Shown one piece after another: positions 15,340 through 24,898 of a stretch of 30,804 nucleotides of DNA (position 1 is the stretch's first letter; every line of letters begins with the position of its first letter). Made by a program: the position numbers and the translations under genes. Where the stretch lies: IMG/VR virus record IMGVR_UViG_3300010376_000100, positions 1 to 30,804 of that record, one strand, 5' to 3'. This stretch comes from a virus (taxonomy: Duplodnaviria > Caudoviricetes). The notes beneath the pieces were generated by a model, which was given only the letters and a program-made list of their open reading frames with translations, had not been told where the DNA came from and ran no database searches.

Positions 15340-15912
15340 ATGGAACTCACTGAACCTATTGGTGTATTAAATGCAAGACTGAAAGAGTATTTTGGTACTG
15401 TATGGGATGGTAGACCTGCGTATCGAATTGTATTTAGTGATGATCAGAGAGAAAAAAGATTTGGTACTTGGAACGATTATGGTCCTCATAACATTTTTAT
15501 TCGCTCAGTTACAGAATGGCGCGAAGTTCCAAAGTATCAATATCTAAATGGTATTTATGTTTTAGAGCAGTTATTCGCCGTTCCAGAAATGAATCAGCAT
15601 GAGTTAGCAGTTAAGACGAACTATGAGCCGCTGTTTTCATTTATGGATAAGAATCAATTCCCACTTCCACCTAAATGGGAAGTGTGTGAATATGTGATTC
15701 GATATATTCGTGCAGTTAGAGATGAAGCAGAGCAATGGAAATTCAGAGCTAAATATGTAGATCCTTATATTGATGATCCTGAAAGAGGAGAAAGAGAACT
15801 TGCAGAGATTTATGAATATTTATATGGTAATGAAACATCAGTTACAGATTCTCTATCGTTAAAAGAGGGTATTGTCGTACCCAATAATTATCAAACGACA
15901 AAGGAGAGTTAA
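15340..15912 (+). CDS. Hypothetical protein (190 aa) in the head-completion region
   Basis: Long ORF with operon-typical A/T-ending codons. Confidence 0.8.
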   Translation: MELTEPIGVLNARLKEYFGTVWDGRPAYRIVFSDDQREKRFGTWNDYGPHNIFIRSVTEWREVPKYQYLNGIYVLEQLFAVPEMNQHELAVKTNYEPLFSFMDKNQFPLPPKWEVCEYVIRYIRAVRDEAEQWKFRAKYVDPYIDDPERGERELAEIYEYLYGNETSVTDSLSLKEGIVVPNNYQTTKES

Positions 15913-15914
15913 TC

Positions 15915-16601
15915 ATGTCTTTTAGCCTTTTACTGTCAGAACGTCGGCGAACAATTAAGGCTCCAGTTAATCCATTAGATAAGTGTACAATTATTAGTAT
16001 TTTTCCTTTTGCAGTGAAGGAAGTTCAGTATACAACTTCACCATCGGTTTATAATATTCCGGTTGGCTCTCTAGCAAATCCAGCAGTACTCGTAGTTGGT
16101 CCTGCAAGTTGGTGGAGAGAAGTTGATCCTCAACAGCCGTTAATTGAGATTGTAAATAGCTCTATTCAAGTCGCAGATGCTGTTGTGAAGAATTATTGTA
16201 GCGGTCTACTTGAATGTGAAATGGGTAATCAGCAGCCTGGATTATTCTATGTCGAGGGTGTTTGTGGTCCTGCAAAGATGAAAGAACCTGAAATGCAGGC
16301 TAGATTAAAGCACGCTGATATCCTCCAAAGGAATTGGTATACTGCACTTATTCGCCATGCAGATATGCTTTGGGCACGAACGAATGGGAATCCAATTTCA
16401 ATTTCAAATGATATGCGTAGAGCGGCTGAGGAATTAGGAATCTTAGATAAGCCGTGGATGCAGGATTTCAGTTCTATTCAGATGGTCAAGTGTATTGCTT
16501 GTGGCTCATTACGCAATCCTGAATTTCCAGTTTGTCCAACTTGCAAAGCAGTCTCAGATCCGGAAAAAGCTAAAAAGCTTGGTATTACATTCGCTAACTA
16601 G
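15915..16601 (+). CDS. Hypothetical protein with C-terminal zinc ribbon
   Basis: AAGGAG RBS; CIACG...CPTC. Confidence 0.8.
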   Translation: MSFSLLLSERRRTIKAPVNPLDKCTIISIFPFAVKEVQYTTSPSVYNIPVGSLANPAVLVVGPASWWREVDPQQPLIEIVNSSIQVADAVVKNYCSGLLECEMGNQQPGLFYVEGVCGPAKMKEPEMQARLKHADILQRNWYTALIRHADMLWARTNGNPISISNDMRRAAEELGILDKPWMQDFSSIQMVKCIACGSLRNPEFPVCPTCKAVSDPEKAKKLGITFAN

Positions 16602-16609
16602 GAGTTAAG

Positions 16610-17290
16610 ATGACATCTGGCGATGTAATGGATGCTTCAGCCGTATTATTAAATGATACGGCGAAGCAAATCTTCACTTACACTGCTCAACTACCATATG
16701 TGAATATGGCATTGAGAGAGTTACAAGAGTCTCTTGAAGAGTGCAATGTTCCACTAAATAATGCTACTAATACAAGCATTGTCATTCCGGCTGGGACAAC
16801 GACTCTAGGATTTGCTACATCTCCTGCACTACCAGCAAATCTAATTGAGATTCAAGAATTATCTGAGCGTCTTAATGGAAGTAACAATGATTATATTCTG
16901 ATGGCTAGGGTTGAATTCCTCCCACCTTATGTTCAGCAGGTTAGTGATTTAATCTATTTTACATGGCAGAATCAGACAATTAATTTCATTGGTGCTCTAA
17001 GTGATAGGCAGTTGAAATTAGATTATATCGCTGCGGTTTTATCACCTGTGACGAATGTTTTAGGTACTGATGTTATCAATATGTTAAATGCGCAAAGTTT
17101 TTTGCAATATCGTGTTGCGGCTCTCTGTGCTCAGTTTATCGGTGAGAATGAAGATAGAGCTAATATGCTAAATCAATTTGCATCATTAGCTCTAGATAGA
17201 GTTCTAAATATTAATACAAAAGGTAAACAGGCAATGCCAGCTAGGAGAAGGCCATTTCAATCAGCTTATCGTGTTTGGGGTAATCTGTGA
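16610..17290 (+). CDS. Head-to-tail adaptor (P22 gp4 / T7 gp11-like)
   Basis: 226 aa; helical N- and C-termini (YVNMALRELQ, LQYRVAALCA) around a beta core; immediately before the nozzle. Confidence 0.65.
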   Translation: MTSGDVMDASAVLLNDTAKQIFTYTAQLPYVNMALRELQESLEECNVPLNNATNTSIVIPAGTTTLGFATSPALPANLIEIQELSERLNGSNNDYILMARVEFLPPYVQQVSDLIYFTWQNQTINFIGALSDRQLKLDYIAAVLSPVTNVLGTDVINMLNAQSFLQYRVAALCAQFIGENEDRANMLNQFASLALDRVLNINTKGKQAMPARRRPFQSAYRVWGNL

Positions 17291-18828
17291 GAGATCATAC
17301 TCCTGTTGTAATTGAGGAATTTAACGGTCTATGGGCAAGGGGAGATATTGACTCTTGCCCATTAGATCATTTCTCTGATTGTCAGAATATTAAATATTCA
17401 CAGGGATCATTCTTAACTAGGGACGGCTTAGGAGCATTATTAAGTTCGAGTTTCTTTCTTGGTAATATTAAACGTATTTATAGTTTTAATATCGCCACGT
17501 CAGATGGTTTCATTGCACTAAATAACTCGTTTCAGATTTATCATATTATTCCAAATGTCAGTAATACATTGATTCTTACAGTCAATGGGATGACTGATTT
17601 TGGGATGGTTAAGATTAATGATAGAGCATTTATTACTCCATGCTCTGATTCTACATTAGTAGGATTAGCTAACGAGTTCTTATACGTTTATAATGGAGAT
17701 GGGACGGCTGCAAGAAAAGCTGCTGGCTCTCCGCCTGTTATTGCTGATGGAGCATTTACTGCTACGAATTCAGGAACAGCCGGAAGTGTTGAGGCTGGTA
17801 TCCATTTATTCTCCGTTGTTTATGAGACTAATTCAGGATATCTGACTGCCCCAGGTGGTATTGGAGTTATTTCTCAAATAACAGCTCCGGGTGCTCAGAA
17901 AGTTAATCTCACAGGTATTTCTGTTTCACCAAATTCATTCGTAGTAGCAAGGCATATTGTAGCTACAAGAGCAATTGATCCTACAGTATTTACTGGTAAT
18001 CAATTAGGATATACATTTTACTTCGTTCCCAATGCAACTATTCAAGACAATACGACGACAACTGAAACAGTTGACTTCTTCGACTCCGACCTACTTGATG
18101 ATGCTAGTCATCTGTTTGATAATTTTAGTTCTATCGCAGCCGGAGGTGGAGTCAATATTTATCATAACAGATTAGTTCTCTGGGCTGAAAATAATAATGA
18201 ATCTTTAATTCGTGTTTCATTTCCTGGTGAGCCTGAAGCAATCAGTCAAGTAGATGGATTATTATTAATTGATAGATCACAACATGCAATCTCACATGCG
18301 CAACAGTATAGAGATATCTTATATGTTTTCAAGGATACTCTAACTTATGCATTCAGTGATAATGGTGATGTTCCATCTTCATGGCCGCAAACTCTCATTG
18401 ATTCAGGATTAGGATGCCTCAAGCATGGGGTTGCAGGTGTATTAGATCCAGCCGGAATCAATATTGAATATCTTGTGATTGCTAATTATGCAGGCATCTA
18501 TCAGTTTGGTGGAGCATTTCAAATTCCTGAGCTTTCATGGAAAATCAAAGATTATTGGGTTACTAATGTAATTGAGTCTGGAAATATTCAATCTGTACTC
18601 TATAATACTCAAGTTTATGCAGATCCAGATCATCGTATTATTTATATCAATATTGCATTCCTATCAACAGTCCTTGCTGGATTCTTTGATGTGAATTTCG
18701 ATTACGAAAAGATTAAATGGGCTAAGTGGACATATAATATCCAACCAACTACTATCTGTTTAAGTTCAAATAAATTTGCATTGGTTATCGGAGCATTTCA
18801 AAATGGCACTCCTCCACCTCCGATCTGA
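17287..18828 (+). CDS. Tail nozzle/hub protein (P22 gp10 / T7 gp12-like), N-terminal part
   Basis: EFNGLW...CQNI...TRDG start, HNRLVL...IRVSFPGEPE, LYVFKD, GLGC, all typical of podovirus nozzle propellers. Confidence 0.7.
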   Translation: MRDHTPVVIEEFNGLWARGDIDSCPLDHFSDCQNIKYSQGSFLTRDGLGALLSSSFFLGNIKRIYSFNIATSDGFIALNNSFQIYHIIPNVSNTLILTVNGMTDFGMVKINDRAFITPCSDSTLVGLANEFLYVYNGDGTAARKAAGSPPVIADGAFTATNSGTAGSVEAGIHLFSVVYETNSGYLTAPGGIGVISQITAPGAQKVNLTGISVSPNSFVVARHIVATRAIDPTVFTGNQLGYTFYFVPNATIQDNTTTTETVDFFDSDLLDDASHLFDNFSSIAAGGGVNIYHNRLVLWAENNNESLIRVSFPGEPEAISQVDGLLLIDRSQHAISHAQQYRDILYVFKDTLTYAFSDNGDVPSSWPQTLIDSGLGCLKHGVAGVLDPAGINIEYLVIANYAGIYQFGGAFQIPELSWKIKDYWVTNVIESGNIQSVLYNTQVYADPDHRIIYINIAFLSTVLAGFFDVNFDYEKIKWAKWTYNIQPTTICLSSNKFALVIGAFQNGTPPPPI

Positions 18829-18900
18829 CCAATGGTGGTATATGGGATTTTGGTTATTCATGTTCGTACTTTATTGCATCTTCTGGAAGTGGATTAAATA

Positions 18901-19356
18901 ATGGAAAATTTAAGTAATAATGCAGTTACAGTATGGGCATCTTCAGTAAGTGCTGGTGCAACTACAGGAACAGTTAGTACTGGATTGGGAGTTTTATTCC
19001 CCTCCTCAGGTTCATTTAGAGTAATTTCAGATAGTGAGATTATTGCTGGATGTACTCTCTCAGGAGATGTAATCTTCTTTAATGGTGGTAGAGGCTCTGA
19101 GGGAACTTCTGCTGCATCACATGCTGCTGGTGCTAATGTAGCTTGTGTTGTAACAGCGGCTGGATTACTCCAGTATGCTGCAAGATTAAGCCCAGAAGTA
19201 ACATTTGCTAATCGTCCTACCTCACCTCCAGTTGGAGCAGTAGCAAATATCTCTGATTCTAATACTAATACATTTGGAGCTACAGTTGCAGGCAGTGGTT
19301 CTAATCATGTATTAGCTCGTTGGAATGGAACTAACTGGACTGTTTGCGGGGTCTAA
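18901..19356 (+). CDS. Miniature tail-fibre-like protein
   Basis: N-terminal fibre-anchor pattern (NNA.T...FP..G.F....DSEII...RGSEGTSAASHAAGA) joined to a C-terminal cap (TFANRP...VAGSGSNHVLARWNGTNW). Confidence 0.6.
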   Translation: MENLSNNAVTVWASSVSAGATTGTVSTGLGVLFPSSGSFRVISDSEIIAGCTLSGDVIFFNGGRGSEGTSAASHAAGANVACVVTAAGLLQYAARLSPEVTFANRPTSPPVGAVANISDSNTNTFGATVAGSGSNHVLARWNGTNWTVCGV

Positions 19357-20874
19357 ATGTTATTATTTACTGGAAGACTTGCTAAGCCAGTACCATTTGT
19401 TCCTGGTAGATTAGGAGTTCTTGGTAATCTTACGTCTGCAAATGCAATTACAATTACAAACTTAAATACTGATTATTCATACGATACGCAAGATCAAAGT
19501 AATGGAACGAGTAGACAGTTCTGGACGACTTTTGTACCGTCACAAGATGGTGAAATTGGCATCTGGGGTTATACTGATTTAGGTAATTCAGTTGAAACTA
19601 TTATTACAGATCCGGGTGGTTCGCAACTTGTAGATAATAATACTAATTTAAATGCACCTGAACAGTTTTACTTTTTAGGTACACACACTTATTTAGTCCA
19701 ATGTATTATTAGATTCCAACCTTATTACCCATTAAATTTATCATTTAAGACATTTGTCCCACAAAATATTCCGGCTGGTAGTATTATTGTTAATAATGAT
19801 ACTCAAGTTGTTTTACAGCCAGCAGATGTTTCACAGAATCTAGAAGCTGCTATTATATCAGCTGTTGATGGGACTCCATTAAAGTTCCTAAATACTATTG
19901 TCGTTGGCGAAGGCGGTGACATTAATAATTTATTGTCTGGAGATAATAAGTTTTTATTCACCACTGATGATAGTGATTCTCCGACGAATGCAGTTATTTA
20001 TAATCCTGACTTTAGTCAGTTAACTAGTATTAATTTAGGATTTACTCCAATTCGTTGCGGAGTAACTGGCAATGGTAAAAATAAATGGTATATCGCAAAG
20101 AGTACTATATTAACTCCGGTTCCAGTTGCAGTAATTGATAATACTGGTGCATTAGTTAAGACTCTCCATTTAACTTCTATTCCACATAGCGTAGCAGTAT
20201 TACAGGATGATACGAAGTTATATTATTCTGTTTCTTCTACTGGAGTTATTAAAGCTTGGGATGTGGTGAATGATGTTGCATTACCCGATTTAGCGGCTGC
20301 ATTAGCTACTTATTCACCTGATGAGCCTATGCTTTGTTTAGGTGATGGAACTATCGTTGTTCCATATGAAAAGGCTGGTAGTTATATTCTGAAACGTTAT
20401 AATTCAGCTGGAACTGTTCTAAATACATATGGTGATTATTTCGCTACTGGTTTAATTGTATCTGGTAATAGACTAGCTCGTGCTTTAGATGATCCAAACT
20501 CGTTTTGGCTTTGGTTGCATATTGATGATACTGGTGGTGGATCAGGTGCGGGAACTAGCCGCTTTATTAACATTAAAGTATCAGATGGTAGTACAATTCA
20601 TACTTTTGATGCGGCTGAATTTGAAGTCGATGTCAACATGCAAGCTACGACATTGAGTCCGACAAGATTTGGGCATTCAGAATCCTGTACATTTTTAATT
20701 ATGAGAAGTGGTGCAAGTTCATCTAATCAATTCTCTGGACTATATTCTCAACCTATTAACTCTGGATTAACTCACGATCAGTTATTCGATTTATCTTCTG
20801 GAACTCCAGTTGTAACTAATGTGAGTATTCCTACTCCATTTGCTAGAACAGCATTAATCGGAGGTGACGACTAA
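19357..20874 (+). CDS. Beta-rich (propeller-like) tail protein, possibly carrying a nozzle segment at its C-terminus
   Basis: Repeated blade-like strands (KWYIAK, KLYYSV, SFWLWLH); 505 aa among tail genes. Confidence 0.55.
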   Translation: MLLFTGRLAKPVPFVPGRLGVLGNLTSANAITITNLNTDYSYDTQDQSNGTSRQFWTTFVPSQDGEIGIWGYTDLGNSVETIITDPGGSQLVDNNTNLNAPEQFYFLGTHTYLVQCIIRFQPYYPLNLSFKTFVPQNIPAGSIIVNNDTQVVLQPADVSQNLEAAIISAVDGTPLKFLNTIVVGEGGDINNLLSGDNKFLFTTDDSDSPTNAVIYNPDFSQLTSINLGFTPIRCGVTGNGKNKWYIAKSTILTPVPVAVIDNTGALVKTLHLTSIPHSVAVLQDDTKLYYSVSSTGVIKAWDVVNDVALPDLAAALATYSPDEPMLCLGDGTIVVPYEKAGSYILKRYNSAGTVLNTYGDYFATGLIVSGNRLARALDDPNSFWLWLHIDDTGGGSGAGTSRFINIKVSDGSTIHTFDAAEFEVDVNMQATTLSPTRFGHSESCTFLIMRSGASSSNQFSGLYSQPINSGLTHDQLFDLSSGTPVVTNVSIPTPFARTALIGGDD

Positions 20875-21179
20875 TGCCTGGAACTGGTGGATTTGCAGGA
20901 TCATCAACTGAAAATATCCAGCATTTTGGTGCTGTTAGAACTAGGATTACTGGTTCTGGAAATTTAATTCCTACATTTATTGGATTAGATAGCACTTTAA
21001 GTTCTCAACTTGCATCAATTGTAATGAGTACAACTTCTGGAAGGGAACCTAGAGTCTTAGCTAATTTTGTCGGGCAGAGAGCTAGACTTGAATTTAAAAC
21101 TGTTAACGCTAATGAATTCTTTAATGTGAATCGTATTATTATCTTTATTAAACCAATGTATACGGAATTCCCTGGCTAA
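20874..21179 (+). CDS. Small beta protein resembling the C-terminal domain of a podovirus nozzle
   Basis: F..VR.RI.GSGNL...GQRARLEF....E.F.VNRIIIF.KP pattern; TAATG coupling. Confidence 0.5.
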   Translation: MPGTGGFAGSSTENIQHFGAVRTRITGSGNLIPTFIGLDSTLSSQLASIVMSTTSGREPRVLANFVGQRARLEFKTVNANEFFNVNRIIIFIKPMYTEFPG

Positions 21180-21976
21180 TGGCTACATCAAATACTGATG
21201 ACGCAATTGCCAATCTCCGAACGATATTACAGCAAGCTAATATCCAACGGCAGAATCAGGCATTATATCAAGTCGTCAATAGTTTAATTGGTTTAGTCGG
21301 AAAGCAACAACAAGAAATTGTAGCGGCTAGTACTACACCCGGTGGAGTTGGTGGATTACTTGCATTAGCCGCTGGAACATTAGCTGGTCGTCGTTCTACA
21401 TCAGGAGGAACTGAAGAGCAGATTACATTAGGTACTGGATTATCAATGTCCGGTACAGTCTTATCAGCTACAGGTGGTGCAGGATTACCATTTCAATTTA
21501 CTACAGTTACTAATGCTCAGATACTGACATTACCAACAACCCCTGTAACTCTTGTTTCTGCTCCTGGTGTAGGAAAGAGAAATGTTCCAATTCTAATTGA
21601 TTGTGTAGCTGATTTTACGGCTGGTGCTTATAGTAATATTGATGCTGCTTCTGCTGTTATATTCTTTTTATCAGCAGGGCCAAATGGAATTTCTTTTCAG
21701 AATGGTCCTGCAAATGATAATACTATTAGTATGACTCAATGTACTGACTTTCTGACTTATACAGCAAATAAGCAGCAATTCTTATCTTGCCCATTCATGT
21801 TTACACAGCCTCTAAATGCATGGGGAAATTTAGTGAATGTGAATAAACCATATCAATCCGGAGATTTGAATGTTGCTTATGAGCTAAGTGGTGGTAATGT
21901 GGCTGGTAACTTTACTGGTGGAAATGCAGCAAATACGATGAAGATTACTGTCTGGTATGTGACGGTGAGCTATTAA
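21179..21976 (+). CDS. Tail needle/fibre-like protein (N-terminal coiled coil, C-terminal beta domain)
   Basis: Gln/Leu heptads, then EEQITLGTGLSMSGTVLSA fibre motif. Confidence 0.6.
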   Translation: MATSNTDDAIANLRTILQQANIQRQNQALYQVVNSLIGLVGKQQQEIVAASTTPGGVGGLLALAAGTLAGRRSTSGGTEEQITLGTGLSMSGTVLSATGGAGLPFQFTTVTNAQILTLPTTPVTLVSAPGVGKRNVPILIDCVADFTAGAYSNIDAASAVIFFLSAGPNGISFQNGPANDNTISMTQCTDFLTYTANKQQFLSCPFMFTQPLNAWGNLVNVNKPYQSGDLNVAYELSGGNVAGNFTGGNAANTMKITVWYVTVSY

Positions 21977-23757
21977 TGTCTACTGGAAGCATTATAATTC
22001 ATACGCCAGCAAATCCTCCAGACAATGGTACTGGTGCTGATTTCGGCCTAGCCGCTGCCACTGTAGATAATGATGGAAGAATTAGTACTATAACAGATCC
22101 TACTGGTCTACAAGATGCAGCTACGAAGAATTATGTAGATAGTCAGATTGCAACGGCTATATCTAATAATAACAATCAGAATTCTCAGTTAGTTAGTGGC
22201 GGACAGATTGTTTGGAGTACTGGATTAACTTATATTGTTTCTGCTGCTTCATATTATATTTTAGGTGTTTTATATCATAGTCCTCAAACTAATGTTACTT
22301 TAACTGCTGCTGACCCGACGAACAATAGAATTGATGCTGTTGTTGCAGATACATCAAATACTGTATCAGTTATTACTGGCACAGCGGCTGCTAACCCATC
22401 TACTCCAGCATATGATCCAACTAGCCAAATTCTACTTGGCTATATTTTAGTTATTCATGGAACTACTTCCCCACCCGGAGTAGTTCAAACTATTGTTTAT
22501 GCTGAAGATGCTGGTTCACCTACTGAATGGAATTGGACATCTTCTGGTTCTGGATGGAATTTAGCATCAACTAATAATCCTCGTAGTGGCACTAAAGACA
22601 TCGAGGCAACGGCTGTAACATCTACTGGATATGTTCAGGGACAAATTGGTACTGGAACTTTTGATCCTAATACACAAGCACAATTTGTAGCTTACTTTCG
22701 TAGTAAGGCATCATGGGGTAAAAACCAGTCCTTACAAGTTCAACTATATAATGCTGGTGTTACTGTTGGTAGTCCTGTAACTGTTGGTAATGGCTCATTT
22801 GGATTTGATTCGACAATTACTGGTAGTTATCAGCAAGTAGCTATTCCATCTTCACAGTTTGCAGTTCCAGCTGGTTCAGTTATTACCCAAGTTAGAATTA
22901 CTCGTGTTGGACCTGGAAGCATTGGTTTTTATCTTGATGATATTTCTTGGTTTACTAGTTCATCATCTGGTGGTGGTTCTGGTTCTGGTATTACTCAATT
23001 AACTGGTGATGTTACTGCTGGTCCAGGTTCAGGTTCCCAAGTAGCTACATTAGCTAATTCAGGTGTAACAGCTGGAACATATGGTGATTCAACTCATGTT
23101 TCACAAGTTACTGTAGATGCTAAAGGTAGAGTTACAGCCGCATCCAACGTTGCTATTAGTGGTGCTAGTGGTGGAACTGTTACTCATACTGCTGGAGCAT
23201 TAACTGCTAATGAATTAGTCGTTGGTAATGGTTCTGCAGATATTAAAGTAGTTGCTGCTACTGATGGTCAAATTCCAATTGGTAAAACATCAGATGGTTC
23301 TGTTACTTTAGGAACAATAACGGCTGGAACTGGTATTGCAATTACTAATGGTGCAGCATCAGTTACCGTTGCAGCCGCATTAACGAGTGCAATTGTATTA
23401 GTTATTGATGGTGCCGGCTCTGTTATTACTACCGGAGTTAAAGGCTTTCTTTATGTTCCAGTGGCTTGTACCATCACATCAGTAACATTATTATCTACGG
23501 ACGGTGCAGGTCCAGCAACATCTGGCTCTATCGTAATTGATATCTGGAAGGTTGCTTATTCTAGTTATCCACCAACCGTATCTAATACAATTACGGCTAG
23601 TGCATTACCAACATTAAGTTCAGCAAATAAGTCTCAAGATTCTACATTAACAGGTTGGACCAAATCTATTAGTGCTGGTGACGTATTAGGATTTAACGTT
23701 AATAGTGCAAGTACTGTAACTCGTGTTGCTCTTCATTTAAAGATAACTATCCCATAA
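21976..23757 (+). CDS. Multi-domain tail fibre with an internal carbohydrate-binding-like jelly roll
   Basis: DPT..QDAATKNYVD motif, GITQLTGDVTAG and GVTAGTYG...VTVDAKGRVTAA fibre repeats, YQQVAIP..F...FYLDDI jelly-roll ending, C-terminal SGSIVIDIWK domain. Confidence 0.75.
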   Translation: MSTGSIIIHTPANPPDNGTGADFGLAAATVDNDGRISTITDPTGLQDAATKNYVDSQIATAISNNNNQNSQLVSGGQIVWSTGLTYIVSAASYYILGVLYHSPQTNVTLTAADPTNNRIDAVVADTSNTVSVITGTAAANPSTPAYDPTSQILLGYILVIHGTTSPPGVVQTIVYAEDAGSPTEWNWTSSGSGWNLASTNNPRSGTKDIEATAVTSTGYVQGQIGTGTFDPNTQAQFVAYFRSKASWGKNQSLQVQLYNAGVTVGSPVTVGNGSFGFDSTITGSYQQVAIPSSQFAVPAGSVITQVRITRVGPGSIGFYLDDISWFTSSSSGGGSGSGITQLTGDVTAGPGSGSQVATLANSGVTAGTYGDSTHVSQVTVDAKGRVTAASNVAISGASGGTVTHTAGALTANELVVGNGSADIKVVAATDGQIPIGKTSDGSVTLGTITAGTGIAITNGAASVTVAAALTSAIVLVIDGAGSVITTGVKGFLYVPVACTITSVTLLSTDGAGPATSGSIVIDIWKVAYSSYPPTVSNTITASALPTLSSANKSQDSTLTGWTKSISAGDVLGFNVNSASTVTRVALHLKITIP

Positions 23758-24446
23758 TGGCTTACGCATTAGTTTCTCACGTTGGTTCAGTGCTTGGAAT
23801 TAATGGTGGCACTAGTGGAAATATTGATACTACTGGTGCCTCATTATTAGTAGCCGCATTCAGCTGTGAAGTTAACCACAACATTGCTTGTACAGATAAT
23901 AAGAGTAACACATGGTTCCCATTAACTTTACTTGGTACTGCACAGCAATATTGCCAGATTTGGTATTGTTGGGGAACTGATTTAACTGTTGGTTCTGGTC
24001 ATAATGTTAGTAGTGGAACTGTAACTGGTGGAGCAGTAGCTGTAGCATTTGCAGCCTTCTCTGGCTATAGTGGAACTAAAACTGGTATTGATCCATTAGG
24101 TGAGCATTCATGGTTTTTTGGATCTAGTGGTTCTACACTTCTTAATGTAGGATTCACACCAACGTCAGCAAATCAGATTGTAATTACTGGATGCAGTATT
24201 AATTTAAACGCATCAACTCTATCTGTTAATGGTGGATTTACAATTACTGACTTTGTGAATTTTGGTACTGGTGTTAATTATGGAGTTGGTTTAGCTTATC
24301 TTGTCCAGACAACAGCGGCTAATGCACAGCCTCAGTGGAGTAGAACAGGAACGACAACAGCTAGCTTTAGCACTATGCTTGCTAGTTTTCGTAATAATAG
24401 TACAGCCGGTAGTGCAGAAACATCTCACGTATCATTTGGTGTCTAA
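23757..24446 (+). CDS. Gly/Ser/Thr-rich beta-sandwich tail-associated protein
   Basis: TAATG coupling to the fibre gene; DTTGASLLVAA...DNKSNTW pattern. Confidence 0.6.
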   Translation: MAYALVSHVGSVLGINGGTSGNIDTTGASLLVAAFSCEVNHNIACTDNKSNTWFPLTLLGTAQQYCQIWYCWGTDLTVGSGHNVSSGTVTGGAVAVAFAAFSGYSGTKTGIDPLGEHSWFFGSSGSTLLNVGFTPTSANQIVITGCSINLNASTLSVNGGFTITDFVNFGTGVNYGVGLAYLVQTTAANAQPQWSRTGTTTASFSTMLASFRNNSTAGSAETSHVSFGV

Positions 24447-24898
24447 TGGATGATAAAATATTACACAATCTTACTGATAATGAAGTACTGTTTTTAACTC
24501 TTATTGGTGAAGCTAGAGGTGAGCCGATTGAAGGTATTGTCGGAGTAGGTTGTGTAATACGTAATCGTCTTCACTATTCACCTGCTAGATACAAAGGATA
24601 TAAGGATGTATGTCTTGCCCCATTTCAGTTTTCGTGCTGGAATGCTGATGATGATAATAGTGGTCTTCTACTTGATATTGCAAATAAATTAATAAACAAT
24701 CAAATTATCAATGATCCTTATCTACGTCAGTGTTTCGTAGTTAGTAATGCAATTGCCGAATGGTCATTATTAGATAATGTTAAAGGCGCTCGTTATTATA
24801 TGACAAGTATTTTATTCGAATCTGATAAAAGACCATCTTGGGCGAAGTCACCTGTATTTACATTAATTCGTGGTAATCATACATTCTTTAATTTATGA
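24446..24898 (+). CDS. SleB-family cell wall hydrolase (Hydrolase_2, lytic transglycosylase)
   Basis: GEARGE catalytic motif, VIRNR, QFSCWN, GARYY, PSWA, GNH.FF. Confidence 0.9.
   Translation: MDDKILHNLTDNEVLFLTLIGEARGEPIEGIVGVGCVIRNRLHYSPARYKGYKDVCLAPFQFSCWNADDDNSGLLLDIANKLINNQIINDPYLRQCFVVSNAIAEWSLLDNVKGARYYMTSILFESDKRPSWAKSPVFTLIRGNHTFFNL

Noticed and set aside
18901-24446. Diversity-generating retroelement or invertible fibre cassette
   Set aside because: No reverse transcriptase, recombinase, or template/variable repeat pair seen in the window
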